Positions 9,306 through 18,800 of a DNA stretch of 58,263 nucleotides are shown here, one piece after another. The stretch is taken from the NCBI GenBank assembly GCA_041484665.1, contig JBGPIA010000023.1:1-58263 (forward strand). Direction: 5' to 3'. The notes under the pieces were generated by a model, which was not told the DNA's origin, searched no databases, and saw only the letters and a list, made by a program, of their open reading frames with translations. Source of the stretch: Candidatus Krumholzibacteriia bacterium. Lineage in GTDB: Bacteria; Krumholzibacteriota; Krumholzibacteriia; JAJRXK01. Numbering within the stretch: position 1 is the stretch's first letter; each line of letters begins with the position of its first letter. The position numbers were made by a program, and so were the translations under genes.

Positions 9306-11444
9306 ATGAGGCGCTTGCACACCATGATGCGTTTCCACACGATGACGCTGCGCCTCCTGCCAGCCGGCCTGGAGGCCCTCCGTCCAGCTGTCCGCTCGGC
9401 GCTCCTGCCGGTCCTTCACCCGTCCGTGCTCCCGGCCCTCCTTCCGCCTGTCCTCGCGGGCCTCCTGCTGGCCCTCCTCCTGGCCGTACCGCCAGCCCAG
9501 GCGGCCACGATCTACGTCGATGCGACTGCCACCGGTGCCGGCGACGGTTCCTCCTGGACCGACGCGTACGCCGACCTGCAAGGCGCGTTGGGGCAGGCGG
9601 TCGAGGGCGATGAGATCTGGGTCGAGGCCGGGACCTACATGCCCACGGCTGGCACCGACCGGGCCGCTACCTTCCAGCTCCTGGATGGGGTGGCGCTCTA
9701 CGGCGGGTTCAATGGGACCGAGACGGATCGGAACCAGCGCGATTGGACTGCCAATGTGACGGTGTTGAGCGGTGACATCGGTGTTCCGGGCCCCACCATC
9801 CTCGCCGGCTTGCTGCGCTTGGTCACCGGACACGAGGACGCACACCAACACAAGACGCACTACCGGGACTGGTTCGCCGCGCTTCCTTCGCTGCTACGGC
9901 AGGGCCCTGCACGACAGCCGGGGCTCGACAACGTCTACCACGTCGTGACCGCGACGGCGACAGGACCCACCGCCATCCTGGACGGATTCACGGTCACGGC
10001 GGGATGCGCCTGCGAGTTTGCGACATCATACGTTGGCGCCGGAATGTACAGTGACAACGGCAGCCCGACCATTACCAACGTGGTCTTCACGGAGAATTTC
10101 GCCGAACAGCGCGGGGGCGGCATCTACCTGACCAACAGCAGTTCGATGCTGCAGAACGTCACAGTTGACGGCAACGCAGCTGGGGGAGGTTTTGGAGCCG
10201 GAATCTACAGCCGGGACAGCAGCCCTGCGCTCACCAACGTCACGCTTTCCCGCAATGGCGCAGCGCAGTCTGGTGGCGGCATGTACTCGTCCGGGGGCAT
10301 CCCGACCCTGACACATGTCATGATCTCCGACAACGGAGTCGACGACTATGGGGGTGGCTTTGTAGGCAGTGGTGCGCTGGTGGACGTGACGTTCGCGCGG
10401 AATGTTGCCGGAGATGGAGGGGGTGGAATGGTTGGAGGGGGGTCGCTCACCAACGTCAGGTTCAGCTCGAACCGTACATTCTCCAGCGTCGGGAGCGGTG
10501 GCGGCTTCTTCGGTGATGGTGTGCTTACGGATGTGTCGTTTACGATGAACGATGCACGTTATGGTGGTGGTATGTACAGCACTGGTGGTTCGGGACGCTT
10601 GACGAACGTGACGTTCGTAGAAAACCACGCTTCTTTTGGGGCTGGCATGTACAATGGGCCACTGCCCTATCCGCCGTATACAGGCCCCACAGTGTCGGGC
10701 CCGACTCTTGCCAATGTCACCTTCTCGGGCAACCAGGCAAGCTGGGAGGGGGGAGGCTTGTACAACATGGCGATGGCACCGACGCTGGTGAACACGGTTC
10801 TGTGGGGCGATTCTGCCCCCGCGGGCGCCGAGCAGGAGATCGCCAACAGCGCGAGCGTACCCATGATCTCCTACTCGCTGATTGCTGGGTGTGGCGGCAG
10901 CGGCGCGGGCTGGACCGCCGCAATGGGTACGGACGGGGGCGCCAACGTGGACCGTAATCCTCTGTTCGCGGACGCGGCGGGTGGCGACGTGCACCTGACG
11001 GTGGGCTCTCCAGCCGTGAACGAGGGCAATAGCGCGGCTCTCCCCGTGAGCATCGTCACCGACCTGGATGGAAATCCGCGGATCTACGGGCCAGCTGTCG
11101 ACATGGGAGCCTATGAGCTACAGGTCCCGACGACCGCGGATAGCCCCTTCGATCGGTCTCTGCCAGCTGGGGTAGCTCTGCGGCGCGCCGTACCGAACCC
11201 CTTCAATCCATCAACGCGGATCGAGTTCCAGCTGGGTCGCGCTGAGCCTGTCGAGCTATCCATCTACGATTTCACAGGTCGCCGAGTGCGTCGGCTCGGC
11301 CTGGGAACTCGCGGCCCGGGCGCCGGGTCCGCCGACTGGAACGGCTGTGACGACCTGGGCCGTCGAGTCGCCAGCGGCGCGTACATCGTGGAGCTCGTGA
11401 CTCCCTCGCAGCGCGATCGGATCCATGTTGCGTTGGTGAAGTAG
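9306..11444 (+). CDS. Secreted right-handed beta-helix (Pmp/choice-of-anchor Q-like) protein with FlgD-Ig C-terminus
   Basis: IYVDATA..GSSWTDAY, GG(A/G)(M/I)Y and FxxN repeats, SPAVNEG..DLDGNPR..VDMGAYE, then PNPFNPST..WNG tail; start uncertain. Confidence 0.85.
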   Translation: MRRLHTMMRFHTMTLRLLPAGLEALRPAVRSALLPVLHPSVLPALLPPVLAGLLLALLLAVPPAQAATIYVDATATGAGDGSSWTDAYADLQGALGQAVEGDEIWVEAGTYMPTAGTDRAATFQLLDGVALYGGFNGTETDRNQRDWTANVTVLSGDIGVPGPTILAGLLRLVTGHEDAHQHKTHYRDWFAALPSLLRQGPARQPGLDNVYHVVTATATGPTAILDGFTVTAGCACEFATSYVGAGMYSDNGSPTITNVVFTENFAEQRGGGIYLTNSSSMLQNVTVDGNAAGGGFGAGIYSRDSSPALTNVTLSRNGAAQSGGGMYSSGGIPTLTHVMISDNGVDDYGGGFVGSGALVDVTFARNVAGDGGGGMVGGGSLTNVRFSSNRTFSSVGSGGGFFGDGVLTDVSFTMNDARYGGGMYSTGGSGRLTNVTFVENHASFGAGMYNGPLPYPPYTGPTVSGPTLANVTFSGNQASWEGGGLYNMAMAPTLVNTVLWGDSAPAGAEQEIANSASVPMISYSLIAGCGGSGAGWTAAMGTDGGANVDRNPLFADAAGGDVHLTVGSPAVNEGNSAALPVSIVTDLDGNPRIYGPAVDMGAYELQVPTTADSPFDRSLPAGVALRRAVPNPFNPSTRIEFQLGRAEPVELSIYDFTGRRVRRLGLGTRGPGAGSADWNGCDDLGRRVASGAYIVELVTPSQRDRIHVALVK

Positions 11445-11813
11445 TTCGTCCGACACTTCGGGGGGCCCCCAGCGGTTCACCACTTCGCGCGCGGCCGGCG
11501 CGGCTTGATCGGCGTGCGCGATGGCTTACGGAACCTGGCCATCGGAGTATACCGCAGCACGCTCGTTTCACTCAGGCTGGATCACTGGATGGCGAATCTC
11601 TACGTGAGTCGCGACATGCGGCAGTCAGATGACGCGCAGTCGATGACCGGTACCCTTCCTTGCAGTTCGGATCTACCATGACATGGAGCCGGCGAATGGG
11701 ACGATGGTCTCCGTGTCCGCAGCCACTGACTACCTGAAATGGACGGGAGGGCACCTTCGCGGAGGCCCGACAACTTGACGGTGTAAGCAGCGCGCGAGCA
11801 GGGAGGGTCGCAA

Positions 11814-14318
11814 ATGTCGACCGAAGCCCCTCGGCTTGGCCGTTTCATCGCGGTCGTATGCCTCGCGGCCGCCGCTTTGCTCTATCCCCAAACAGGAGTC
11901 GCACAGGCAACCCGCCGCGCAGCTACGGAACTGACGCCCGCGCTGAGGGAGAGGCTCGTCGAAGCCACGCACGATTCCCGACTTGCTGCTTGGCAGCGGG
12001 ACACCATGGTGCGTCTGGCGGAGACGCCTGGCGGGGCAGAGCCCACCGCCCACGCCGGTGGCGAGACCCCCCCACCGACGCCTTCCCAGCCGTCAGTCGT
12101 CCCGGACGGAAGTTGGGATGAGCTTGTCATCGCCTCGCGGTACGAGCACACGGCGATCTACGATCCTGTGCGCGAGCGCATGGTGGTATTCGGGGGAGGC
12201 GGCAGCGGCAGCTATGACTTCGACGATGTCTGGGCCCTGTCGCTGGCGGTGAGCCCGGTGTGGACCCGGCTGACCCCGGCGGGGACGCCCCCGAGCGGGC
12301 GGGTTATGCACACGGCAATCTACGACCCGGTGCGCGACCGCATGGTGGTGTTCGCGGGAGTCGACCTCTTCGGCTACCCCCGCAACGACGTCTGGGCGCT
12401 GTCGCTGGCGGCGAACCCGGTGTGGACCCAGCTGACCCCAGACGGGACACCGCCGAGTGGCACCTTTGCGTCGACGGCGATCTACGACCCGCTGCGCGAC
12501 CGCATGGTGGTGTTCGGGGGGGAATGCCGCAATGACGTCTGGGCGCTTTCGCTCGCGGGGAGCACGGCGTGGGCCCAGCTGAACCCGGCGGGGACGCCGC
12601 CGATCGGGCGCATGATGCACACCGCGATCTATGATCCGGTGCGCGACCGCATGCTGGTGTTCGGGGGACTTGACTGCTCCGGCGAACACAACGACGTCTG
12701 GGCGCTCTCGCTCGCGGGGAGTACGGCGTGGACTCAGCTAAATCCGACCGGAGTGCCGCCGAGCGGGCGGTGGATTCACACGGCGATCTACGACCCGGCG
12801 CTCGACCGCATGATCGTGTTCGGGGGGCAGGATGGTCCCTACGCATCCAACTTCCGCAACGACGTCTGGGCGCTGTCGCTGCGGGGGACACCGGCGTGGA
12901 CACAACTGACCCCAGATGGGACGCCGCCGAGCCAGCGCGGATCGCATACCGCGATTTACGACCCTGCGCACTTCCGCATGGTGGTGTTCGGGGGAGATAA
13001 CGGCGTCCACTTCAACGATGTCTGGGCGCTGTCGCTCGCGAGGAGCACGGCCTGGGTCCAGCTGACCCTGGCGGGGACTCCGCCGAGCGAGCGGGACCGG
13101 CACACGGCGATCTACGATCCGGTGCGCGACCGGATGGTGGTTTTCGCAGGATTGGACAACGCCTCCCCCCGCAACGACGTCTGGACGCTGTCGCTGGCGG
13201 TGTACCCGGTGTGGACCCAGCGGACCCCGGATGGAACGCCGCCGAGTAGGCGGGGGGGGCACACGGCGATCTATGACCCGGTACGCGATCGCATGGTGGT
13301 ATTCGGGGGAGGTGCTGACGCCTCCAACCCCAGCAACGTCTGGGCACTCTCGCTGGCGGGGAACATGGAATGGGTCGGGCTGTCCCCTGACGGGATGTCG
13401 CCCGGCCGGGTGCTGCACACCGCGATCTACGACCCGGCGCGCGACCGTATGGTGGTGTTCGGGGGACTCAGCAACGGCTCCCCCCGCAACGACGTCTGGA
13501 CGCTGTCACTGGCGGGGAGTGCGTCATGGGCCCAGCTGACCCCGGCCGGAACGCCGCCGAGCGGGCGGGAGAACCACACGGCGATCTACGACCCCGTGCG
13601 CGACCGCATGGTGGTGTTCGGGGGACTCGGCAACAGCTATCCAGTGAACGACGTCTGGGCGCTGTCGCTGGCGGGGAATACGTCGTGGGCGCAGCTGACC
13701 CCCGCCGGAACGCCGCCAAACGGGCGAGCGTACCATTCGGCGATCTACGACCCGGTCCGCGACCGTATGGTAGTGTTCGGGGGACTGGACAACGGCTCCC
13801 CCCAACGCGATGTCTGGGCGCTGTCACTGGCGGGGAGCACCGCGTGGGCCCGGTTGACCCCCGCCGGGACGCCGCCGAGCCCGCGGGAATCGCACACCGC
13901 GATCTACGACCCGGCGCGCGACGGCATGGTCGTGTTCGGCGGATTTGACGGTGATGGGGACTTCTGCACCGATCGCAATAATGAGGTCTGGGCGATGTGG
14001 TTTCAGAGCCCAATTGCCGCGCCCCCGGTGCCAAGGTCCGCTGCAGTGACCCTCCCGCAGAATTTCCCAAACCCCTTCAATCCGGCGACGACAATCGAGT
14101 TCAGCCTGTCGGCGATCGGCCCCGTGAGCCTGATCGTCTATGACATGCGGGGGAGACTGGTACGTAAGCTCGTGAGCTGCGAGCAGCCGGCCGGGCGGCA
14201 GCGCATCGTCTGGGACGCCACCGACGATGACGGCCAGCGCGTCGGGTCGGGTGTGTACTTCTACGTACTCGTGACGTCTTTCGGCGAACAGCAGAGGAAG
14301 ATGATCGTAGTAGAATAG
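11814..14318 (+). CDS. Secreted Kelch-repeat beta-propeller protein (12 repeats) with FlgD-Ig C-terminus
   Basis: 12 copies of (H)TAIYDPxRDRMVVFGG..NDVWALSL; tail NFPNPFNPAT..WDATDDDGQRVGSGVYF. Confidence 0.9.
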   Translation: MSTEAPRLGRFIAVVCLAAAALLYPQTGVAQATRRAATELTPALRERLVEATHDSRLAAWQRDTMVRLAETPGGAEPTAHAGGETPPPTPSQPSVVPDGSWDELVIASRYEHTAIYDPVRERMVVFGGGGSGSYDFDDVWALSLAVSPVWTRLTPAGTPPSGRVMHTAIYDPVRDRMVVFAGVDLFGYPRNDVWALSLAANPVWTQLTPDGTPPSGTFASTAIYDPLRDRMVVFGGECRNDVWALSLAGSTAWAQLNPAGTPPIGRMMHTAIYDPVRDRMLVFGGLDCSGEHNDVWALSLAGSTAWTQLNPTGVPPSGRWIHTAIYDPALDRMIVFGGQDGPYASNFRNDVWALSLRGTPAWTQLTPDGTPPSQRGSHTAIYDPAHFRMVVFGGDNGVHFNDVWALSLARSTAWVQLTLAGTPPSERDRHTAIYDPVRDRMVVFAGLDNASPRNDVWTLSLAVYPVWTQRTPDGTPPSRRGGHTAIYDPVRDRMVVFGGGADASNPSNVWALSLAGNMEWVGLSPDGMSPGRVLHTAIYDPARDRMVVFGGLSNGSPRNDVWTLSLAGSASWAQLTPAGTPPSGRENHTAIYDPVRDRMVVFGGLGNSYPVNDVWALSLAGNTSWAQLTPAGTPPNGRAYHSAIYDPVRDRMVVFGGLDNGSPQRDVWALSLAGSTAWARLTPAGTPPSPRESHTAIYDPARDGMVVFGGFDGDGDFCTDRNNEVWAMWFQSPIAAPPVPRSAAVTLPQNFPNPFNPATTIEFSLSAIGPVSLIVYDMRGRLVRKLVSCEQPAGRQRIVWDATDDDGQRVGSGVYFYVLVTSFGEQQRKMIVVE

Positions 14319-14396
14319 GCATCGTCCGCGCGAAATCCGAGGCAGGTCCAACGTGCGCGCGGTGGACTGCGCGCCCCGCACCCGAAAGGAAACCCC

Positions 14397-15680
14397 ATGC
14401 GTCCGTTGCGCTGGCTCGACATCCCCGCCGCTGCGCTGGGCGCCATCGGCGCAGCCGCCGCGCTCGCCACGTCCGCCTCGCCCGCCTTCGCCCAGTGCGG
14501 GAACTTCCCCATCCAGCTGCAGCACACGGTCAAGTACGGGATCGGATTGCCGAACGTGGGCCCCGTGACGGTCCCGCTGGCCATCACCGCGTATGCCCTA
14601 AACCAATGCCAGGACCTCGAGCTGGAGTTCGGCGCCTTCGGCCTCTCGGGCAGCTACAACCCCGGGAGCAACCAGTACAGCTTCGACCTGCAAGGCTCGC
14701 TACTGGGCGCGTACGGGACCCTCACCGACATGCTGATCGGACCCGAGCTCGGCGGGGTCGATCCCAACCCCTCGATCGGGGCGAACTGCACGTTCTACCC
14801 AGAGATCCTGCACTTCACGGGCGGGCCATCCGTCTACGCATTCCAGATCGGCGACCCTGGTGGGCCGGTCTTCCACTCCGGGCAGGGAAAGATCAATTAC
14901 TGCGACACCGTGACGATCCTCTCCGGCAACGCCCACACCGTCGAGCTTCCCTACCATCTGAGCGCGACGCTGCAGGCTGCGGAGTCCTTCGGGAATCCCA
15001 ACGAGACGCGCGGCTTCGCCCAGGCCACGATCCAGGTGACGGTCGATGGCGTCGTCGTTGTGAGCCAGACCGAGTCGGTGGAGTCGGTATCGGTGATCCC
15101 CGAGCAGCGCACGATCTCAGCTTCTGGCACGATTCCGATCGCAGTGAGCGCGGGAGCGACCAGCGTGTCCATCCGCCTGGTGGCGGATGTGTACGTCGAG
15201 GCGAAGGCCAGGTCCACGGGGCTGTTCGGGACGATCTCCGGCGCGGCCGAGGCAGGCGTGACACTTCCAAACTCGTTCGCCCTGGGAAACTTCCAGCTCG
15301 CTGGCGGTGGGACGCTTCCGGAGGACATGCAGATCAAGAGCGCGACGACCGGGATGATCTACAAACAGGGTACCGTCACCGGTGCGCCCGCGCCCCCGGC
15401 GGCCGCGGATGGCCTCGTCCTGGCGGTTGCGCCCAACCCAGCCGCGCGGACCGCGACGCTGCGCGTGAGCGTGCCCGGCACGGCTGCGGGCCAGCTGCGG
15501 ATCGTGGACGTGCGCGGTCGTCTCGTGCGCCGGCTGTCGGCGACGACCGCTTCGAGCGAGCTGGAGCTGCGCTGGGATGGGCGCGATGATGAGGGTCGAG
15601 CCGTGCCCGCCGGCGTCTACCGCGTGGTGCTCGAGACGCCACGTGGGCGTGTCGTTCGCCCGCTGGTGTGGCTGCGATGA
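14397..15680 (+). CDS. Secreted protein with FlgD-Ig C-terminus
   Basis: Signal peptide ending AFA-Q; tail APNPA..DVRGRLVR..WDGRDDEGRAVPAGVY. Confidence 0.85.
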   Translation: MRPLRWLDIPAAALGAIGAAAALATSASPAFAQCGNFPIQLQHTVKYGIGLPNVGPVTVPLAITAYALNQCQDLELEFGAFGLSGSYNPGSNQYSFDLQGSLLGAYGTLTDMLIGPELGGVDPNPSIGANCTFYPEILHFTGGPSVYAFQIGDPGGPVFHSGQGKINYCDTVTILSGNAHTVELPYHLSATLQAAESFGNPNETRGFAQATIQVTVDGVVVVSQTESVESVSVIPEQRTISASGTIPIAVSAGATSVSIRLVADVYVEAKARSTGLFGTISGAAEAGVTLPNSFALGNFQLAGGGTLPEDMQIKSATTGMIYKQGTVTGAPAPPAAADGLVLAVAPNPAARTATLRVSVPGTAAGQLRIVDVRGRLVRRLSATTASSELELRWDGRDDEGRAVPAGVYRVVLETPRGRVVRPLVWLR

Positions 15681-15706
15681 GGGTGGGGGGCCCCCGAGGC
15701 GATCAT

Positions 15707-15829
15707 TCGATGGAGTGCCCCGCGATCGATGGAGTGCCCCGCAATCATGGTCCGCGGTGACCCATTCCAGCGAGCCACGAGGCTTTCCTCTCTCCGTTTA
15801 CGCTTCGCGAATCATCACGCTTCGCGAAT
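15707..15829. repeat. Two short direct-repeat pairs upstream of a histidine kinase
   Basis: TCGATGGAGTGCCCCGC at 15707 and 15726; ACGCTTCGCGAAT (palindromic TTCGCGAA core) at 15800 and 15817. Confidence 0.6.
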
Positions 15830-15977
15830 GATCCGGGCTCGGCGTCCGAGCTCTGGGCCGCATCCAGGACCGACGCCGAACTGACCGCTCAGGCAAGCGA
15901 CCGGGAAACATTGCCCCTGCACGTTTCCGGGATCTTGGTCTAGACTGCCGATCCGACCCCCCGAGCGACATCCGACC

Positions 15978-17753
15978 ATGGAGGGTCCCGTGGATCGCTC
16001 GCCTCCCGTCCTTGCACCGGACTTCCGGACGCTGTTTGAGTCGGCGCCAGGTCTGTACCTGGTCCTCGCGCCGGACCTTACGATCGTGGCCGCCAGCAAC
16101 GCGTATCTGGCCGCGACCATGACCCGGCGCGACGCAATCCTCGGCCGTGGTCTGTTCGAGGTCTTTCCGGATAATCCCGACGATCCGGGGGCGACGGGCG
16201 TGGCCAACCTGCGCGCGTCGGTCTTGCGCGTCTTGGCGCACGGCAAAGTGGACGCGATGGCGGTCCAGAAGTACGACATCCGCCGCCCCGAGTCCGAGGG
16301 GGGCGGGTTCGAGGAGCGGCACTGGAGCCCGGTCAATTCGCCGGTGTTGGATGAGGCGGGGAACATCGCCTACATCATCCATCGCGTCGAGGACGTCACG
16401 GACTTCGTGCGGCTGAAGCAGGAGGGGAGCGATCAGCACCGAGTCACCGAGGAGCTGCGCACGCGCGCTGGGGCGATGGAGGCCGAGATCTTCCGCCGGG
16501 CGCAGGAGATCCAGGAGGTGAACGCGCAGCTCCGCACGCTACAGGCCGAGCTGGAGCAGCGCGTCGCCACCCGCACGACCGAGCTGCAGCGCGCCAACGA
16601 GCAACTCCGCCAGGCGCAGAAGCTGGAGGCTGTTGGCCGCCTGGCCGGCGGGATCGCGCACGACTTCAACAACCTCCTCTCCGTCATCCTCAGCTACAGC
16701 GAGCTCCTGTTACGGGACCTCGGCCCCGACCATGCGAGCCGCGCCGACATCGAAGCCATTCGGTCGGCGGGCACGCGCGCGGCGGACCTCACGCGCCAGC
16801 TGCTCGCCTTCAGCCGCCGGCAGGTGCTGGATCCGAAGATCGTCGATGTGAACCAGATTCTGGCCAGCGTCCACAAGATACTGGTACGCGTCCTGGGCGA
16901 AGACGTCGATCTGAAGCTCCTGCTCGCGGCCGGGCAGATCACGGTCAGGGCCGACCGCGGTCAGCTCGAGCAGGTCGTCATGAACCTGGTGGTGAACGCC
17001 CGCGACGCCATGCCGAACGGGGGGAGACTCACGATCGAGACCGCCACGATCGAGCTGGACGCCGACTATGCCAGCCAACATCTGGGGGTCCCGCCCGGAA
17101 CGTACGTCATGCTGGCCGTGAGCGACACCGGCATCGGCATGGACAAGGCGACGCAGGCCCGGGTGTTCGAGCCGTTCTTCACCACCAAGGGGCTCAGCAA
17201 AGGGACCGGATTGGGGCTCTCCACGGTGTTCGGCATCGTCAAGCAGAGCGGCGGCAGCATCTGGCTGTACAGCGAGCCGGGCGCGGGCGCCACGTTCAAG
17301 ATCTACCTGCCGCATGTGGAGGGGCCCCTGGCAGTGACTGCCACTGCGCCGGCCACGACGGACCTGGCGCAGGGTGGGGAGACCATCCTGCTGGTCGAGG
17401 ACGAGGACCAGGTGCGGACTGTGGCCAGTAGCATCCTGCGCAGGGCCGGCTACCAGGTGCTGGAGGCCCGTACGCCGGCCGAGGGGCTGCGTGTAACACG
17501 CGAGCACCCTGGTCGTATCGATCTGCTCCTGACCGACGTGGTGATGCCCACGATGAACGGGCGCCAGGTGGCGGAGCAGGCGCTCGCGGTCCGCCCTGGG
17601 ATCAAGGTCGTCTTCATGTCGGGGTACACGGACGATGTGGTCCTGCATCACGGCGTGGTGGACGAGGGCGTGGCGTTCATCCAGAAGCCGCTGACGCCGG
17701 ATGCCGTCACACGCAAGGTGCGGCAGACGCTCGATACCCCTCCGCAGGGGTAA
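15978..17753 (+). CDS. PAS-domain hybrid sensor histidine kinase/response regulator
   Basis: PAS_4-like N-terminus, H-box AHDFNNLL, NLVVNARDA, DTGIGM, FFTTK..GTGLGL, REC domain LLTDVVMP. Confidence 0.95.
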   Translation: MEGPVDRSPPVLAPDFRTLFESAPGLYLVLAPDLTIVAASNAYLAATMTRRDAILGRGLFEVFPDNPDDPGATGVANLRASVLRVLAHGKVDAMAVQKYDIRRPESEGGGFEERHWSPVNSPVLDEAGNIAYIIHRVEDVTDFVRLKQEGSDQHRVTEELRTRAGAMEAEIFRRAQEIQEVNAQLRTLQAELEQRVATRTTELQRANEQLRQAQKLEAVGRLAGGIAHDFNNLLSVILSYSELLLRDLGPDHASRADIEAIRSAGTRAADLTRQLLAFSRRQVLDPKIVDVNQILASVHKILVRVLGEDVDLKLLLAAGQITVRADRGQLEQVVMNLVVNARDAMPNGGRLTIETATIELDADYASQHLGVPPGTYVMLAVSDTGIGMDKATQARVFEPFFTTKGLSKGTGLGLSTVFGIVKQSGGSIWLYSEPGAGATFKIYLPHVEGPLAVTATAPATTDLAQGGETILLVEDEDQVRTVASSILRRAGYQVLEARTPAEGLRVTREHPGRIDLLLTDVVMPTMNGRQVAEQALAVRPGIKVVFMSGYTDDVVLHHGVVDEGVAFIQKPLTPDAVTRKVRQTLDTPPQG

Positions 17754-17808
17754 CAGCGGCATCGCGCATGTCCGACCTGGGTATCGAGCTCCCGGACCTG
17801 CGCCGCTT

Positions 17809-17886
17809 GTGGCGGCGATGCTCCACCGCCTGGTGCACCATAGGCACGTGCTGTCCATCAAGGAGCACAGCGATCGGCCGCGGGAG
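17809..17886 (+). pseudogene. istB: Fragment resembling the C-terminus of IS21 IstB ATPase
   Basis: AAMLHRLVHHRHVLSIKEHSDRPRE vs IstB consensus A(I/M)LDRLxHHxxxxxIxGxSYRxR. Confidence 0.6.
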
Positions 17887-17934
17887 CGAGCTTCGCCGTG
17901 CGTTGCCAGCGGTGGCCATCGCCCCGCATCGGAT

Positions 17935-18093
17935 TTCACGACGTTGCCCGCGGGAAAGGGGCCCAGCTCGGGACTGTCGATCGTCCAGTCGATCGTCAAG
18001 GCGCATCGGGGGCTTGGAATTCTGGAACAGGAGGTGGGGCGAAGCACCACAGCGAAGATCCTGTTGTCGTTGAGTGAAGGAGAGGGAGGATGA
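17935..18093 (+). pseudogene. Decayed histidine kinase HATPase C-terminal fragment
   Basis: FTTLPAGKGPSSGLSIVQSIVKAHRG..EVGRSTTAKILL matches degenerate F/G2 boxes; stop overlaps the downstream ATG. Confidence 0.7.
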
Positions 18094-18479
18094 AGAAGCA
18101 CAAGATCCTGGTGATCGAAGATGAGGTCGATCTGTGCAAGATCGTGAAGCTGAATCTCGAGCGTACGGGGGAGTTCGAGGTCGTCATGGCCTATTCGGGC
18201 GAGGATGGATTGCGGGAGGCTCGGACTACGGCCTTCGACCTCGTGGTCACGGATTTCGACTTGCCGGGGATGGACGGTGGGGCCGTCGTGGACGCCATGA
18301 AGGCGATGAGACCGGACAGACCGGTCGTGCTCTGTACGGTTTACTACGATGACCCGGACACGATCATGCCGGAAGTCCGCAAGAAGGTCGACGGCGTGAT
18401 TGGCAAGCCGTACACGCATGAGGAGATCTACCGGATCGTGAAGGGCGCGCTGGAAAAGGGCGGCCAGAGAAGCGGCTGA
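18090..18479 (+). CDS. Single-domain response regulator (CheY-like)
   Basis: ILVIEDE, VVTDFDLPGMDG, KP motif; GGAGGA RBS. Confidence 0.9.
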   Translation: MKKHKILVIEDEVDLCKIVKLNLERTGEFEVVMAYSGEDGLREARTTAFDLVVTDFDLPGMDGGAVVDAMKAMRPDRPVVLCTVYYDDPDTIMPEVRKKVDGVIGKPYTHEEIYRIVKGALEKGGQRSG

Positions 18480-18800
18480 CGGCTCCGCCGCCGACGCCTG
18501 CGCGAGGTAAACCGGGCGCTTGGGCCTGGGCCGTTTGGCCGGCGACCCTGGCGTGGCACCTATCCGTAGCGCGCGGCTGCTTGCCGTGGCCCACGACCAC
18601 CGTCGGGACGGCAGCAATCCGCGGCACTTTGATCGTTGTGCCGCCGCGACCTCCCGATGCTCCGCCCCATGCCGGGGCCTCCGCGACGCCTGCAGCCCCG
18701 GGCGCGTCGCCCGCACGAGTCCAGAATTGCACGAGTCCTGCGCCATGGGTGATGCCGCGATCCGAGGCGTCTCCCGCAGCGTCTCCCGCGAGGGCCGCGT

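Noticed and set aside
12136..14000. CRISPR array or DGR template/variable repeats
   Set aside because: Repeats are in-frame Kelch blades; no cas or reverse transcriptase gene in the window and no evident adenine-specific variation
16710..18746. Long antisense ORFs (also 19311-21182, 21557-24067, 26854-28767, 47976-49967)
   Set aside because: Shadow frames of well-supported genes in high-GC DNA
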